DNA of 64,000 nt from NCBI GenBank assembly GCA_964188305.1, contig OZ076888.1. One strand, given 5' to 3'. Below, piece after piece: positions 13,068 to 27,260 of the stretch. The translations under genes were made by a program, and so were the position numbers. The notes below the pieces were generated by a model. The model was not told the origin of the DNA. It saw only the letters and a list, made by a program, of their open reading frames with translations, and made no database searches. Within the stretch, counting starts at the first letter, position 1, and each line of letters begins with the position of its first letter. Source of the stretch: Podarcis bocagei (taxonomy: Eukaryota).

Positions 13068-13824
13068 GGTGAGATTGATGGTTGGTGTGGTAGAAGCTTT
13101 TTCCTGAAAAGAAGCAGAATACACGCATTATGAGATGAGACTAACAACCCACTTTCTGGAATTTCATCAGCTTGACTGTTCCAGCTGATGCGACTCTATA
13201 TTTATTCTATGGAGCACATTCTGTGGTTTGATATGTAAGCTGTTGCATTCTGGCTGCCTCCTAGAGATCTTTTTGGGTTCACAGAGCTCTGCTGCTCTCT
13301 AATCAACCCAGATCCGCCTTAATGTTGTCGGTGACATGCTTGGCCTGCTTAGCAAGTGTTCGGATTGGTAGGTTCATCAGCTAACACTAATAAGCAGAAG
13401 AGTTGCTTGCTATGGTATGAAAAACTAGAGTTAATAATCAGGGAAGTAGGGCGAGGGGGGGAGGGGAATTGCAACAGAGCCATTAAACGGAAAGGAAAGT
13501 CTATGGACTGAGTCAGTTTTTACAAATTCCTAGTGTTCATGGAAAACACTGGCTGGGCAGAACTATTTATTTAAGGCCCACCACTAATGGCTTGATAATT
13601 GGGCAAGGAGAGTTCTTTTCTGCATATGACAAAGCCCCTGACCTTTTTATGGATCACAGAGTGATTATAATGAAAGATTGTCTTCGACTCTGGAAAACTT
13701 GAGATTGATCGCTTTTAATATTCCAAAGTGGAGGCATTTTTAACAGCAGCCAAATGAGTTCCTGAATATGATCAGTATGTAGAAATGGTACATTAGGCAT
13801 TTACATACACAAGAAAAGGAGAAC

Positions 13825-13940
13825 TTGTGGTTCTCTAGATGTTGCTGGACTCTAGTTCCCATAATCTCTGACCATTGGTCATGCTGGCTGGGGCTCATGT
13901 AGTTCAATAACATTTGGAGGGCCACAGGTTCTCCACACCA
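13825..13940. mobile_element. Palindromic MITE family (other copies ~26160-26260, 26490-26595, 29880-29945, 31500-31620, 32520-32625, 34085-34205)
   Basis: Shared core ccagatgttgttggact-caactcccatcatccc...gggagttg...caacatctgg in about seven places. Confidence 0.6.
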
Positions 13941-14629
13941 GATGTGCAACCAATTGATTTCATTAGGATTTACTTCTAAGTCTTCTTTTATGTCAAGGAT
14001 TGTAGCCTTTTTCAGACTGAAACTACCGTATCTCTGTGCAAGATAGGAAAATAATTTTTAAAACAAAACAAAAAATCATTTTCATTTTCATTTAAGAGTA
14101 ACGTGGGTCATAATTACAGATCATCGATGTGTCACTAAGGATCATGATATTAGCACTTATTTTAATTGGTTACTTTATTGATTAATCAGTTAAAATAAGA
14201 CCTTTTGCTGATTAAAAGCCTTAAATTGGTTGAATGATGGGAAATGGTTCTGAGCATTTGGGAATATGGAAAATATTGCTCAGGAGGGTTCTTCCAAAGC
14301 CAGCTGCACCAACATGATAGTCCATTAGGGAATCCTAATGATATCATATACAGTGAACTGAGGCCACAACTCCTTCCATACTTTAATATTACATAATTGT
14401 TTTGGGGGAGGGAACTGGAGAAGACTTTAAAGTTTAGGGTTTGGTTATATGCCAAGGGCTTGGAACATAAATTTGGTTCCTGGGATATCATTAAAAAAAG
14501 AGATTGAGCAAATGAAACACATTATATATGATGGAGTTGAAGGCAATTATGCACATATCTTAAGAGAACAAACTTTAGTGACCTCTTTTCTCCCTTTCCC
14601 ATCTTTAGCCCATATACATGTGATAGATA

Positions 14630-14975
14630 AACCTGACAACTTCAGTTTCTCTGTTTCTCATTTTTTCCAAACTAAAGTTCAGTTGTCTACATTTCTACAT
14701 CAGTTTTCAAACTTACTTTAAAAAAAAAAGAATGTCCTTGTGAAAATTAGCCAGCAGTTTCACATGCATTTCTCTTAATATACTAATTATTGTATGCACT
14801 TTTGCTTAATATACATGTTTTTGCAACCAATTTCAATAATGCATTTTTGCATGTTAACATATGCATTTCCACACAGACTTTCCTCTGGTTCATGCATTTC
14901 TATACACGGTTTCTGGAGATCTGCATTGCAAAATTCAGAGCAGTGTGACTTTTTTGTCAAAGGATAGCTGTGTTT
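14630..14975 (-). mobile_element. Inverted copy of the repeat at 7070-7642
   Basis: Reverse-complement similarity of the terminal ~100 bp and the (tgcat)-rich body. Confidence 0.5.
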
Positions 14976-15968
14976 GTAGTAAAGAGATAGTGTTGCTATA
15001 AATTTTCTGCTTTCACAGCTCTAAAGTTCCAGGTGCCTTGACAATCTTCATAAAAGTTTATCCCTCCTCTTGATTTGCTTCTTGTACTTAATCTCCTTTA
15101 CATGATAGGAACTGTAGCCCCAAAACAGCTGGAGACCCAAGTTTGGGATCTAGATGAAGTGTGTAATCCTATTTCCATTTACTTGGGAGCAAGTTTCATT
15201 GAGATTAGTAAGACTTTTCCCCCCATGTAGACATCGAAGTTGGATTGAACTTATGTCGCATTGAAATCAATATCAACCATTATGTCAAGGGGCTAAGTTT
15301 AGCCCCATTTATTTCAATGAGAACTCAGGCTGCAATCCTAACCCCACGTACCCGGGAGTAACTCCCAATGAATTCAATAGAATTCACTTCTGAATAAGGA
15401 TGGGGGAGAAAATTGATCCACGAACTGGTGTATAAATGTGGAGAGCTGAATTTAAGACTGGAAAAAAGAGAAACTGTAATGAACAAATATGTCTATCCCT
15501 ACTTCTGAGTAGACATGGTTAGGCTTGCCCTGCCCATGCAACTAATTTAGTCCAGTCCAGTTGTTTTATCTCCTAAGTTAAAATCCTCGGTGTCTTACTC
15601 AAGATTGATTCTTCTTTGACCCTTCATTGGTGATGCATCTATTTGCAATGAACAAGCCTTTGCCTCCATCCCATTATACACACTTCTGATCGTAGAAAGC
15701 ACAATGACATTTTTCTTTTCCTACGCGGGGGCAGGGGGGGGGATTCTTGCTTTAAAGAAATGCCTCCAAAGAACATAGGAATGGATGTGAATCTGCTAAA
15801 GGAAATTGTTTTTGGGATGTAAAGGCTGGAGTGGACAGCATGATTTTTACGGTCATTAGAAACAGTAATAAATATTCCAGATTGTATCCAAGAGACGTGC
15901 AGAGGGACAAGTTCTCAGAAGCCCAACAGGATGACAGCCAAAGCTACAGTTGGGGAGGGAAGGGGAGT

Positions 15969-16720
15969 TGTGGGTGAAGACCCCCAAAACCACCCCCAAA
16001 AGAAATATACAATAGACACAGAAGTTTAGTTTAACGTTTTTGGCATTAATTTGGCCACATCTTTATTGAATTACAGCATGTGAGTGGTTGCCTAGGCATT
16101 GGTTCCTGACTACCTGACCCTGCATCGTAGCAGGACAGGACTGACAACTGGACTCCACCAGAGGTCAGTAAGGGGAAACATACTGGGGGAGCATGGAGTT
16201 GAGTGCAGGCTCCAGTTCACCCATATGCTCCCAGGGACTCTGGTGTGGCCCTAACCCCTGAAAGGGGATCGGACAAAAGCAAGCCGAGTGCCTGGATTCT
16301 TTAACAGAATCCCCTAGCAGCAGCAATGGAGGGGCAGGCACAGCCAACCACTTCCCCTCCGCAAAACATTGAACCAATGCCTAACCGCCAACCTTACAAA
16401 GTTGTGACGATCTGCTACACAGTAGGCAAAAACCAAATGGCAACAGCCAATCAGCCAAATGGCAAAATTCCTACCAGGCCCCTGCTCCAAGACAGACAAC
16501 CCCTAGACAGACATAGCAAGGCCAAAGAACAGCCCTAAATATAGGGTGGGAGGGCGGGTGATCTGATGCATGTCGCAAGAAAGAGAAAGCTCCCAGTGAT
16601 GTGCAGCAGCTTAAATAGCCCTTGGTAGCCAATAGACAACCCAACAGGCCAAATTTCTGCCCCAGCAACCAAGGGACAACCAATGGGGTGTTGTGGCTAT
16701 CCAAACGGTCCTGCCCCACA
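15969..16720 (-). mobile_element. Probable solo LTR
   Basis: TG...CA ends with imperfect 14-bp inverted termini (tgtgggtgaagacc / ggtcctgccccaca); AATAAA on minus near 16063; ~750 bp; TSD not clean. Confidence 0.6.
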
Positions 16721-17416
16721 ACAGGGAGGCAGTTCAGGTGATCTCACCACAACACGTGCTTTACATGATGGAGGACACGATTTATCTGTACTATTCAGTT
16801 AGCTGGGGGTGGAACAATTGGGCATTATTTGCCTGGCTTTGTATCCATCCCAGTTCCAACTCCTTACTTTTACATCTCTTACAGGGTGATAAAAATCTTC
16901 TCATAATATCCTGAATCTTGATCAGAGGTAGTATTTCCCCCACCAAATAAAACCAGATAGATATTTCTTTCTTATGGCTTCATAGTCAAATGTCAGATCT
17001 GAAGCACCAGGGCTGCTATTTTCTTTCATGTTCTCTGACTATCATTTCTGTCACAATCATTATTGCCTGTTATTAAGTTTGCAGAATACACAGTGCTTTA
17101 CATTGCAAGGGTGGCCCATCCTGCTTTTCCATCTGAGGCAAAATGAGAAGGTGGCACCCCCCACTCCCTGTGCCCCTGCCAAAGTCTCACTTACCCAGAT
17201 TGTGTGGTGGTGGCATCAGCTTTCCAACAAGATCTCATGAGATTTCATGGAACTCTCGTGAGATCCTGCAGAGAAGGAAGTTACGTGCTCCTAGGACCTC
17301 ACTCTGGTCAGCAATTGTGTTGCAGCATTCTGCACTAACTGCAGCTTCCGAGGAAAGTGCAAGGGATTGTATTGCAGTAACCTAGTCTATATAAGGGAAA
17401 GTGTGCAGGCAGTATA

Positions 17417-17767
17417 AAAGGTAAAGGGACCCCTGACCGTTAAGTCCAGTTGCGGATGACTCTGGGGTTGCGGCGCTCATCTCGCTTTATTGGCCGAGGG
17501 AGCCGGCATACAGCTTCCGGGTCATGTGGCCAGCATGACTAAGCCGCTTCTGGTGAACCAGAGCAGTGCACGGAAACACCGTTTACCTTCCCGCCGGAGC
17601 GGTAACTATTTATCTACTTGCACTTTGACGTGCTTTCAAACTGCTAGGTTGGCAGGAGCAGGGACCGAGCAATGGGAGCTCACCCCGTCGCGGGGATTCG
17701 AACCACCGACCTTCTGATCGGCAAGCCCTAGGCTCTGTGATTTAGACCACACCGCCACCCGCATCCC
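17417..17767 (-). mobile_element. Sauria SINE, full length
   Basis: High identity to 1314-1663; B-box and ACCTTT tail present. Confidence 0.92.
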
Positions 17768-18509
17768 TATACTTTCCATTTATTCCCTGATCAATTGAAA
17801 CTGTAATACTATATACTCATAACTAGGAGTAATTCCTATTGAGCACAGCTGAATTTACCTCTGAGAAGACATACATAGGATTGCACTGTTGATATCTTTA
17901 AACATAGCTTTTTACCTATATTGATGTTCTGATTGTTCTCCAATTGTTCCCTGCCACTTTACACAGTTTCTGACAGTGGACCCTGCTTGTACACTCTACC
18001 ACACGGGTTACTATTTGTAGCTTTTACTCTGGGAACTAAATGCCATGTGACTATGTGGCGGGGCGGCGGGGAGAAAGAGGATCTTGGTTGGATGCTTTGC
18101 TTCTCCCTTCCTTCCTCTCCATAATTCATGTGCAAACTCAAGGGCATGGAAACATTGCCAATCATCAGAGTCTTAAGGAAAAGCCATAGAGAAGGCTTAA
18201 CTAGCAGGCAAACCTTTAAAGGGAACAGGGCAAGATCTGATCTATCATCAACAGGAATTAATGTAGGAATAAGCTCTGTAAACACTAGAACATTTAAAAA
18301 GTGGGACTAATTTCTGTCATTAACTGTTAGAATTCCTTGCCATGTGAAAAGGTCCCAGCTGCTCCCTCCAATCAGCAGAAGTGGACCAAAGCAAACATCT
18401 CCCATTTGTCGGCTCTCCAGTTGTCACTTTCTGCCTTCCAGCTGGAAGGAAAAGAGGCCCTTAATGGTCATTTCATGCCTGCCAAACAATTCTTGGGATT
18501 GTAGTTAAG

Positions 18510-18600
18510 CTTTACTCAGAGTAGACTCATTGAAAGTAATGGACCTATGCTTATTAATTTTGATGGGTCCACTCTAAGTGGGATTAGCATTGGATACAGC
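18510..18600. mobile_element. Short palindromic repeat family gagtagac(c/t)cattgaa...gggtctactctgagt (copies ~11015-11070, 15330-15400, 17810-17890, 19050-19170, 60710-60820)
   Basis: Recurrent inverted-repeat core seen several times in the window. Confidence 0.5.
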
Positions 18601-19366
18601 CCTTGATTCAGTTTTTAGTTTCTTTCTTTTTTCTTTTTACCTCCCCCCCCCTGCAAAGTATTTCACTTTCATATCATTTGCCCAATTTGGGGCCAAACCA
18701 CACAGGAATTGCTCCATCTTCATGATCATAGAAATCACATATCTAGAAATCACAAATCAGGAGCCATAGATCGAGAAATCCATGATGGACTGCTGAGTTC
18801 ATAGCTACCACCCACAATGTGGAAACAGAAAATATTAGATTATTTACTATTTTCATCTGCTAAATATGATGATGCTACCTTTTAAGTACAAATCCTCCTG
18901 AGAAATTAAAATTAATGCAACAAATACCAAAATGATATGCAAAACAGCACAGATTAAAATGTAATGAGCCAACAATAAAATCATTGAAAGCACTGATGGG
19001 ATAATAAAGAAATTCAGGATCCTAGAACTATGGTTTTCCCTCCTGCTAAGTTATATTCAGAGAAGACCTATCAAAGTGAATGCACCTAAGTTAGTCGTGT
19101 AACTTAGAATGTACCTAAGTTAGTCATTTCAATGGCTCAACCCTGAGTAGAACTAACACTAGATGTGACCCAGTTCTCTCAAACATACTCTTTTGAACTA
19201 GATTAAGTATCCAGATTGCTAGGCTCTGTTTTCACAATCAGACTCTCAGGTTGAACTTTCAGGCTAGTGCTCTTGGAGTGCTTTCTCAAAGCCACTTCAT
19301 ATAGATTAGTTAACCTGTAACACACGTTTAACAACTTTATGACACTCTTTCACTCTCTCCCTCCCC

Positions 19367-19384
19367 TGTGTGTGTGTGTGCGCG

Positions 19385-19423
<39 letters not shown>
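19367..19423. repeat. Compound (TG)7-CGCGCGTA-(CA)17 microsatellite
   Basis: Direct reading. Confidence 0.9.
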
Positions 19424-19426
<3 letters not shown>

Positions 19427-22400
19427 TCCTCAATTCCATGATGATCTGTGACTTTTAATCTGGACGAATTAACCGTCAAAGTCATCATAATCACTATTGG
19501 CTAAATCACATCACATCATTACAATGAGAAATCGGGGACAGGGGGAATAGGTTACACAGTGTATGGTTAGAAAATGATTCAACAGACTGATTGGAAGCTT
19601 TGCTGTAGAAAATTTAGGAGTAGAAAGGATAAGAAATGGAATACTTGGAATGAGTTGAATACTTAGCAGGAGACTCTGGCATGCTGACTCGTGGTGTGCA
19701 TTTTTGTTCCATAGACTTTGATAGGTTGGCTTTGTGGGAAAGAGTTCTCCATTTGTACTGTGTCTTTTGAGAAACATTTTGTTGTGTTAGCTGAAGTGGA
19801 ATGTCTAGTATGTGCTTTTTGTCTAATAGCAGTGTAATATGCTTGTAGTTTTTGATGAAAAAGGCGATTTTGTGGCCACTGCTGGTCAATGGGATTTCAT
19901 AACAGTGTCCCTTGCACACATGCTCAGTACAATATGAACCTGTTGTGGGAGGTGGTTAAAGCGGGTGGGCGTTGAATGGAATATTGGATGGAGCTAGAAT
20001 GACTCAAGCAGAGCAGGATGGTTGGAAATTAAAAGAGCAGCTGTGTAAGGAACAGAAAATGAGTGATGGATTGATATAAAAGCACTGACAAACCAGGCCT
20101 CAGCCTTAAAGAGTTTATACTTCAAGTAGGTCAAGTGTGAAAAGATACAGGAAGAAGAGATCACTGGAGTAAAAATCATTTGAGAGGCATGGGGTGGAAG
20201 AGGGGAAAATATCTGTGAGGTGTGCAGCACCTGGATTTCTGATGGGCAACTTTTGAAGGAACAGGGAGGCCTTTAAGGGAAAAACAGGAGGGAGATTTAG
20301 GGAGCAACAGTGTGACGGTAAGTGCTTTTATCTTCTGAATTCCTCTTTTCCTACTTCAACTTTGAAAGGGTTCGCCAGTTGACCTGAAAACTACCAGCTG
20401 GACCCACTCTGGTTCCCTTTAAAACCATACAATGTGCAGGATTCAGCTGGGGTGACGGTGGGGCATGGGAATCAACCCGAACCTTTGCTGATGTCACCCA
20501 AGGAACCAGCTGTTCCAGGCAAAAAGAGGCAGTGGCATCCAGTAGAAGTTAGGAACCCTGTTAAAGACACAGGAGCCGGATGAAGCAAAAAGCAGTTGTT
20601 GGCCTTTATTTCTAATCTTGTTTCACTTCACAACATAGGGGTGCACCGGTGGGGCTGTATGGAGTAACAGACCTAGTAGCACATCTGCAACCTTGCAATG
20701 CACAGCAGCCAGGGCAGAAGGTGGGGGAGGCAGATTGGTGTGACAGCCTGAAATTGGCACAGCAACCAGGCTTGGATGGAGATTGATGAACAATAAACCT
20801 TTCAGTTTAATATGCTGTGTTCAGGGCTTCCCATGTTTACTCAAGCTCTAAAATGTCAGGATATTACAGCTGTTAAGCACCACACCTTCAACAGATGTGT
20901 TATTTAGGTAATATGACTAGGGAAGGGTATCTTATCTTCTGGATTGTTCCAGCTTCATCACCTTTGGAGCTGGATGGTTGTCAGTGGCGGGGTGGTTAAC
21001 TGAATGGAATCACCTGTTTGGCTCAGATGGAAGAGCAAACCACAGTTTCCTTCTGTAAAAATAAGTTGCACTGGATTTCAGGCTTGTGCTCCCACTCCTC
21101 TCCTCCTTCTCTGCAGTTGTGAGATCAGAACTTAAAAACAACGACAATAAATAGCACCTTGTAGGCAAAGCCACTTACTGTTTTTGCTTACAATAAATCT
21201 TAGTCTAGGGAGTCATAGTGTTTTCAGGAAGGCTGCCGAATGCAGACCAGTGGAAAACAAATTTCATTGGCAACAAAAACTCTTGTAGCCCTCAAATTAG
21301 AATTTCATCACTCATTGGATCATTTTTGCATGCAGTTTTCCCCTCTCATAAATTGATAAAAGGATGGGTGTGTGTGTAGGGAATGCAGAATAACTTTTTT
21401 GGCACAGCACAAAACTGAGAGCAAACCAGAATCTAAGACCATAGTTTGATCCTGGCTCACTCTCATTATTCCACAGTTTAAAAATATTAAAGTTTCCAAG
21501 TGCAGGTGTCACAGGAAACTGTGGTTAGTTTGCATTTTCTTCTTCCTATTTTAATCTCCCTCTTGTGGGAGGAGAAAGAGTGCTGATCCTTACAGCTTGT
21601 TCACCTGAACCAGGTGATAAGAGTGGAAGTTATTCTAGGGATTATTTTGTCTAATTTTGTGTGTTGCCAGAATTCCTTGGTGTTCATTATGCTTTCAGCA
21701 TTTGAACAGAATCTGCTAAATTACATATTAAATCATTTATGCTTGAAAATGCATTCCTAAAAGGACAGATATATGCGGCTTCAAATTTTTGAACAATCAA
21801 ATTCTTTAGTCTGCAATCCTTCTTTGCACACTTACCTTGGAGCAAGCTCCATTGAACATAATTAGGCTTACCGTACTTCTGAGGAGAAATGTATAGGCTT
21901 GTGTATAGGCTGCTACAACCCTCTGCCAGTAATCCACCGTAAACATTACTCACCTAGCATAGTCTAGGTTATTTATTTTGTTGTCTGCCATGCTCAAGTG
22001 CAGAACACAGTCAATGTAAATTTTTGAATGTGTTAATAATAGTAAGAAAGAGAGAGGGAGAGAGAAACTCTGCCACATAAATTGGATGCAGGAGGACAGC
22101 TGTAGACTGAACAGGAAGCGCTGGCCCAAGGCTAAATGAAACAGCTGTTGCCATTGTTCTGAATAGAAAGTGCCTTTGCAAATTCCACACAGCCCAGGAT
22201 CAGAAAGCAGATGTTAGTAATTACAACACATGAAAAGAAGGGCACAGGATCAGGCAAGTGACGAAAAAGCAGCAGGACCAATAGATTTATAACTCACTGC
22301 TGCAGACCAGCAACTACCAAGGAGAGTGTAACAAGTGTCAGCATTTAGCTCTCCTTCTTCCTGTAAAGTTCACACTAGGGGTGTCATCACTCATTGTCTC

Positions 22401-22779
22401 CCCATGTTCAGCTTGCAAACAAATAACCAAATGAGCTGAGCACTGTAAGGTGAAGGTGAAAGAATTCTGTGATTTATCAAAACAAAACCTCCCTAATTTG
22501 ACTGTGTTTAAACAAGGCTCCTTGGTACGCAGCAAAACCAGTACAAGATACTTTATAGTCAGTTAACTTTCATTTTTTGCTTTGTATTTATGTACATAAG
22601 CCTAGATTGGTGTTTTTTCTTCATAATGTTGAATTTATTCTGTGTTTGCTAAATTGTTGATTTTTGTTGTTTTGAATTTACTGGCATGTCCCGTATATTT
22701 GCATTTCCAATGTTCTCTTTTGTAATGTTTTGAATGTTTGCTATAAGCCACATAGCTCATTGTGTAAAAGCAGCTTCTA

Positions 22780-24171
22780 GGCTTCCGGTCCTGCCTGCCT
22801 TAATGGAGGCAGCCCCCGCGACAGCGGGAGATTGTCTGTGAACAAAAAACAAGCATGGCGGAGGGTAAATCATCCTTGCAAATTCCCCCCAGGGATGGGG
22901 GGGGGGAATGGGCTTCACTCGCAGTTCGTCTCGGTACCTGGCTCTCGCGCCAGCATGGAATATGGGAGGCAGGAAGGTGTGGAGTGCAAAAGCACTTCAC
23001 CTGGCGAAAACCCTCCTACACTGCCATTAAGAAACAGAAGTTCTCCATTTAATTGGATCTTTAATTGGCTTTAAAGTACTTGTGTGTGATGGGTAAGGGA
23101 TGCAACAACATACTGTGCAATATGCCAGCTACATAGGTCAAAGGTTTGAATTGAAATAAGATTTTATTTGGCATGAGAGTCGGCTGGGGAGAGGGAAGCC
23201 CACAGTTTGTTTATTCTAAGCTGTTTTTATATATTTATGATTCGGCAACCCTCTCCAGAATATAAGATAAAAAGATATTTACAAGTGAGGAAGGGACATT
23301 GGAGTAATATTGATATTAAGTAGCAAAAATGGAAACTGTGTGTGATCTAAAATAAAGGAGGGGGAGAGGAAGCTCAAGTATGACTATGTTGGAAAGACAG
23401 AGTAATTCCCCTCACCTCCGTTTAAAAACAACAGACAAGGAAAAAGAGACTGAGATTTGTGTGTGCTACTGACGGAATGTAATCTAAGATAAAATTTAAT
23501 TAAGCCATAAATCTCTACTTGGAAGGAAAAGAATTTGGAGGCTGTGATAAGAACGCTGCAGAGATTCTGGGAATTGGAAAGGAGTATTCAATCTTCAGCG
23601 CATTTGAAAACTGCCCACCTTTTTCTAAGCAGAGGAGGAAATGGCAAAGATCTCCGGTATGTTTTACTAGTGAGACAGAATGGTTTCTAGCAGACGGTCA
23701 CCTGTTCTGAGACATTGAAGCAAGGGTTGGAGAGATAAGACCTCTGAGAAACTTCAAGATTCGGTTCCTCCACAAGCCACGATGGGAGAAAACAACAGCT
23801 GGGAAGTGAAAGAGACAACACCATAAATGGACAGAAGGAATCTCCAAAGACATAACAGTTTTCACATGCAGGGCAGAATAAAGATAATAGTTTGAGTTTC
23901 TCACTTGAAGCTTTATACATTCATATATTGTAACATCATGAATGGAAATCATTAATTATGTAGATTATTATTAAAACTGAAAAGTAACTGACATTAATTA
24001 AGATTATGGAATGTAGTGATAAAAAATCGGAAATGCACCCAAACCACCATGCGGGGAGCCACTTTAACTAAAATGTATTAATTGGAAGTTGATTGACATT
24101 TTGATAATTGTACAATTTGGGAATTAATTGTTATCGTTACAATTTGGCTATTATTGGGGGTATATTGGAAA
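22780..24171 (+). mobile_element. Probable non-autonomous L1-related element (CpG-rich 5'UTR, decayed ORF1-like segment, AT-rich 3'UTR)
   Basis: Starts ggcttccggt with a CpG-rich 250-bp leader; purine-rich coiled-coil-like remnant (KNLEAVIRTLQRFWELERSIQS); L1-like AT-rich 3' region; no RT; no TSD found. Confidence 0.4.
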
Positions 24172-24187
24172 GATAGATCGATAGATC

Positions 24188-24223
<36 letters not shown>

Positions 24224-24238
24224 TAGATAGATAGATAT
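24172..24238. repeat. (GATA)n tetranucleotide repeat
   Basis: Direct reading. Confidence 0.92.
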
Positions 24239-26884
24239 CTCAGCATATAAGTGAAATCAATCAATCAGAAATAACATGAACACTATTTTGAGGTTCACTT
24301 CCCTTGCATAGTGACAATCATATGAGAGGGGGCAAGCCTATTCCACCCAACACATTGCTTTGAATTCTATTGGTTCTGGAGTCTATAATGAATTTGAAGC
24401 TACTGGTTGATTTTTGCAGGTGCCTTCTGGACAACTGGTTTCTTATTCTGTAGTCTCTGTTATTCCCTTACTGATGCACATCCATGGCCGGTGTGCCATT
24501 GTGTGCCAATGCCACTGACGCCAGCACAAGGCCAAACATGACAAGAGACTCTTCTGGATCTCCAGCATATTTAAGGAATCTCATCCTCCTCCCAGAACTT
24601 CTACTCCAGTTTTTCAGCAATTAATCCCAAGATGCAGCTCCCAAGTATTTTTGGCAAATCTGATCACAGATGACAAGGTAGGTTGAAATTTGACATAGTC
24701 AATGTTGTGGACATTCTGCAGCAGTGGTTAGGAAGACGTCTGAGTGACACATCTCCCTTACCCTTCCAACTTACTTCCAGCTACCAGGTGAATGTGCTGA
24801 TCAGCTGAGATATGTGGTTATTGCCCCTTCTCTACTAGTCAGCTTAGTGGAGTCTTGCAGTGGGGTGGGGAGCAGAAAAAAATTGCCTGGGGCCTAAATC
24901 AAGCCCCTTGGACCAAACAGTGGACCAGTAAGATGTCAGCATCTCTGCTACAACACCAATGTCAAATATGGCTGCTATGGCTGAGAGATTTTTATACCTT
25001 TTTCTTTAAAAACAGGGACTGTTCCCTGAACTTTTGGTTTGGGGGTAAATCATACAAACAGTAGTGTAATAAGCTTCCATCCAGATATATAGCTTAAATT
25101 TCAGCCATAAATAGGAAAGAAGGAAGAAGATGTGATGTTGTGAGCCTGATATTGATTTTGATACAGCGTTTTTAGGCTTAACATCCTTTGGACGTCTTCT
25201 CCATTATTTAAAACCATGCACACATTTAATCAGAAAAAAGAACACACACCCCCACAGCCCATAGCAAGGAGCACAGACTGTAAGAAAGGTTAGTCAAAAG
25301 GTAAACCATGTGTTTGCCATCTTTGCTCCTGATATGGAAACCATATGCTTAAATACACCAGCAACCATACTTAATATAACACTTTTTTTTATTAAACCTG
25401 GTTTTATAAAAAGCTATCCACCATTCTCTCTGTTAGTGACTTCCAGATAGGTCACATATTCCTCACTGCAACTATCATTACATATTTAGAGCAAATTAGA
25501 CAGCCCGATAGACTGGTTCTGATTATTACTGCATAGGAGCAAGGGGGCATCTTATTTTTCTCCCCTGCCCCTGATAAATTAAAGGAACTGTAATGGGCAA
25601 TTTCTGCAACCTGCAAAAAGGCAGGCCCATCTGTGACTCATTTAGCACTAAAAAAGAAGAAGATTTATTTCATTAATTCGGGCAGAATTTAGAGAGAATA
25701 TAGATGCCCCCCCCCCGCTCCTTTTTAGTTCTCCTGCTCACGACTGGGAGAAGAAAAGGAAAAACCCAACCTTGCACAGACATTTCAGGAATGAAAAACT
25801 GCCAGCATGTTGTTATTATAAGAGCAAAGTTTGCTGCCTTGGTGGTGAGATAGTGGATGGTTGCCTGGCCAACTGGAAGAACTCTGCTCAGGAATGGCTT
25901 TAATATCCTATAGGCCCTCTGCCACCATAAAGCACTATACAGAAATGAAGCACTGCAAAGAAAAACGGGCTGGAAGAACTGGCTGCTCAGCCTACCTTGG
26001 TAAAGCATCAAAGAGACAATTTGCAAAAGCCCATTATTATTATTTTCAAATTAAGTTATTTGGAATTATTCCCATGGTATGATTTCAAAATCAGCGACAA
26101 GTCGTGGAAAATTCTGCCTTCCTGCCATTGGTAAACTGCAGAGTATATACGCTACATCAGTCTTCCCCAATCTGGTGCCCTCCAGATGTTTTGTACTTTG
26201 GTTTCCATCAACTCCAGCCATTTAGTTCAACACATCTGGAAGACCCCAGGCTGGGGGAGGGCTGCTCAAGATAATACAGGTATGTTGACCTTTCATGCCT
26301 ACATGATTTGCTCTTTTCCTGAATGAGCAAGATGGTTACACTGTGATAAAATTCCTTCTTCCACCATTTCCCCTTGCATGTTGATGGAACCTTTCTCCAT
26401 GGTTAGTCCATTTTGGATTAATCAACTTGAATTAGTCTTGCAATCATTAGCACAGTGTCACCACCCCACCACCTCTATCAGGCATTGGAAATCTGTGGCT
26501 CTCGACATGTCAGACTACATCTCCCAACATCCTTGGCCATTGGCCATGCGGACTGAGGATTTTTGATGTTGGAGTGCCACAGATTCTCCATCCCTGTCTT
26601 AAATACTCACTTGAAAAAGTGGGAAGTGCTTGCTATTATAATGCTCTTTCATAAATGTTCTATATATTTCTGGACCCAAGAGCCGGCAAATGCTAGTGAT
26701 AGTAACTGAAGAAACAGAAGTTTCATAAGCTGGAAAAATAGGGAGTTTGTGAGCCATCATTTGAGCAACAGAGCTACACAACACCCTATTGGCCAGATAG
26801 AAACTTGATTTTTTAAAGTGCTCGTACACAAAAGGAAGCCTAGATTCTTATGATTTTTCTGAACCTGATGACCACTAGGGTAAA

Positions 26885-27260
26885 AGTAAAAGGTAGGTAA
26901 AGGACCCCTGGATGGTTAAGTCCTGTCAAAGGTGACTATGGGGTGCAGTACTCATCTCGCTTCAGGATGAGGGAGCTGGCGTTTGTCCACAGACAGCTTT
27001 CCAGGTCATGTGGCCAGCATGACTAAGCCACTTCTGGCGCAACGAAACACTAAGATGGAAGCCAGAGTGCATGGAAACGCTGTTTACCTTCCTGCCACAG
27101 TGGTACCTATTTATCTACTTGCACTGGTATTCTTTCGAACTGCTAGGTTGGCAGAAGCTGGGACAGAGCAACAGGAGCTCACCCATTGCGTGGATTAGAA
27201 CTCCTGACCTTCCGATCAGCGAGCCCAAGAGGCTCAGCGGTTTAGACCACACCGTATCCT
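26885..27260 (-). mobile_element. Sauria SINE, longer subfamily
   Basis: Same architecture as 1314 with extra internal segments (tgtccacagacagc; cactaagatggaagcc); matches the 45815 copy. Confidence 0.88.
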
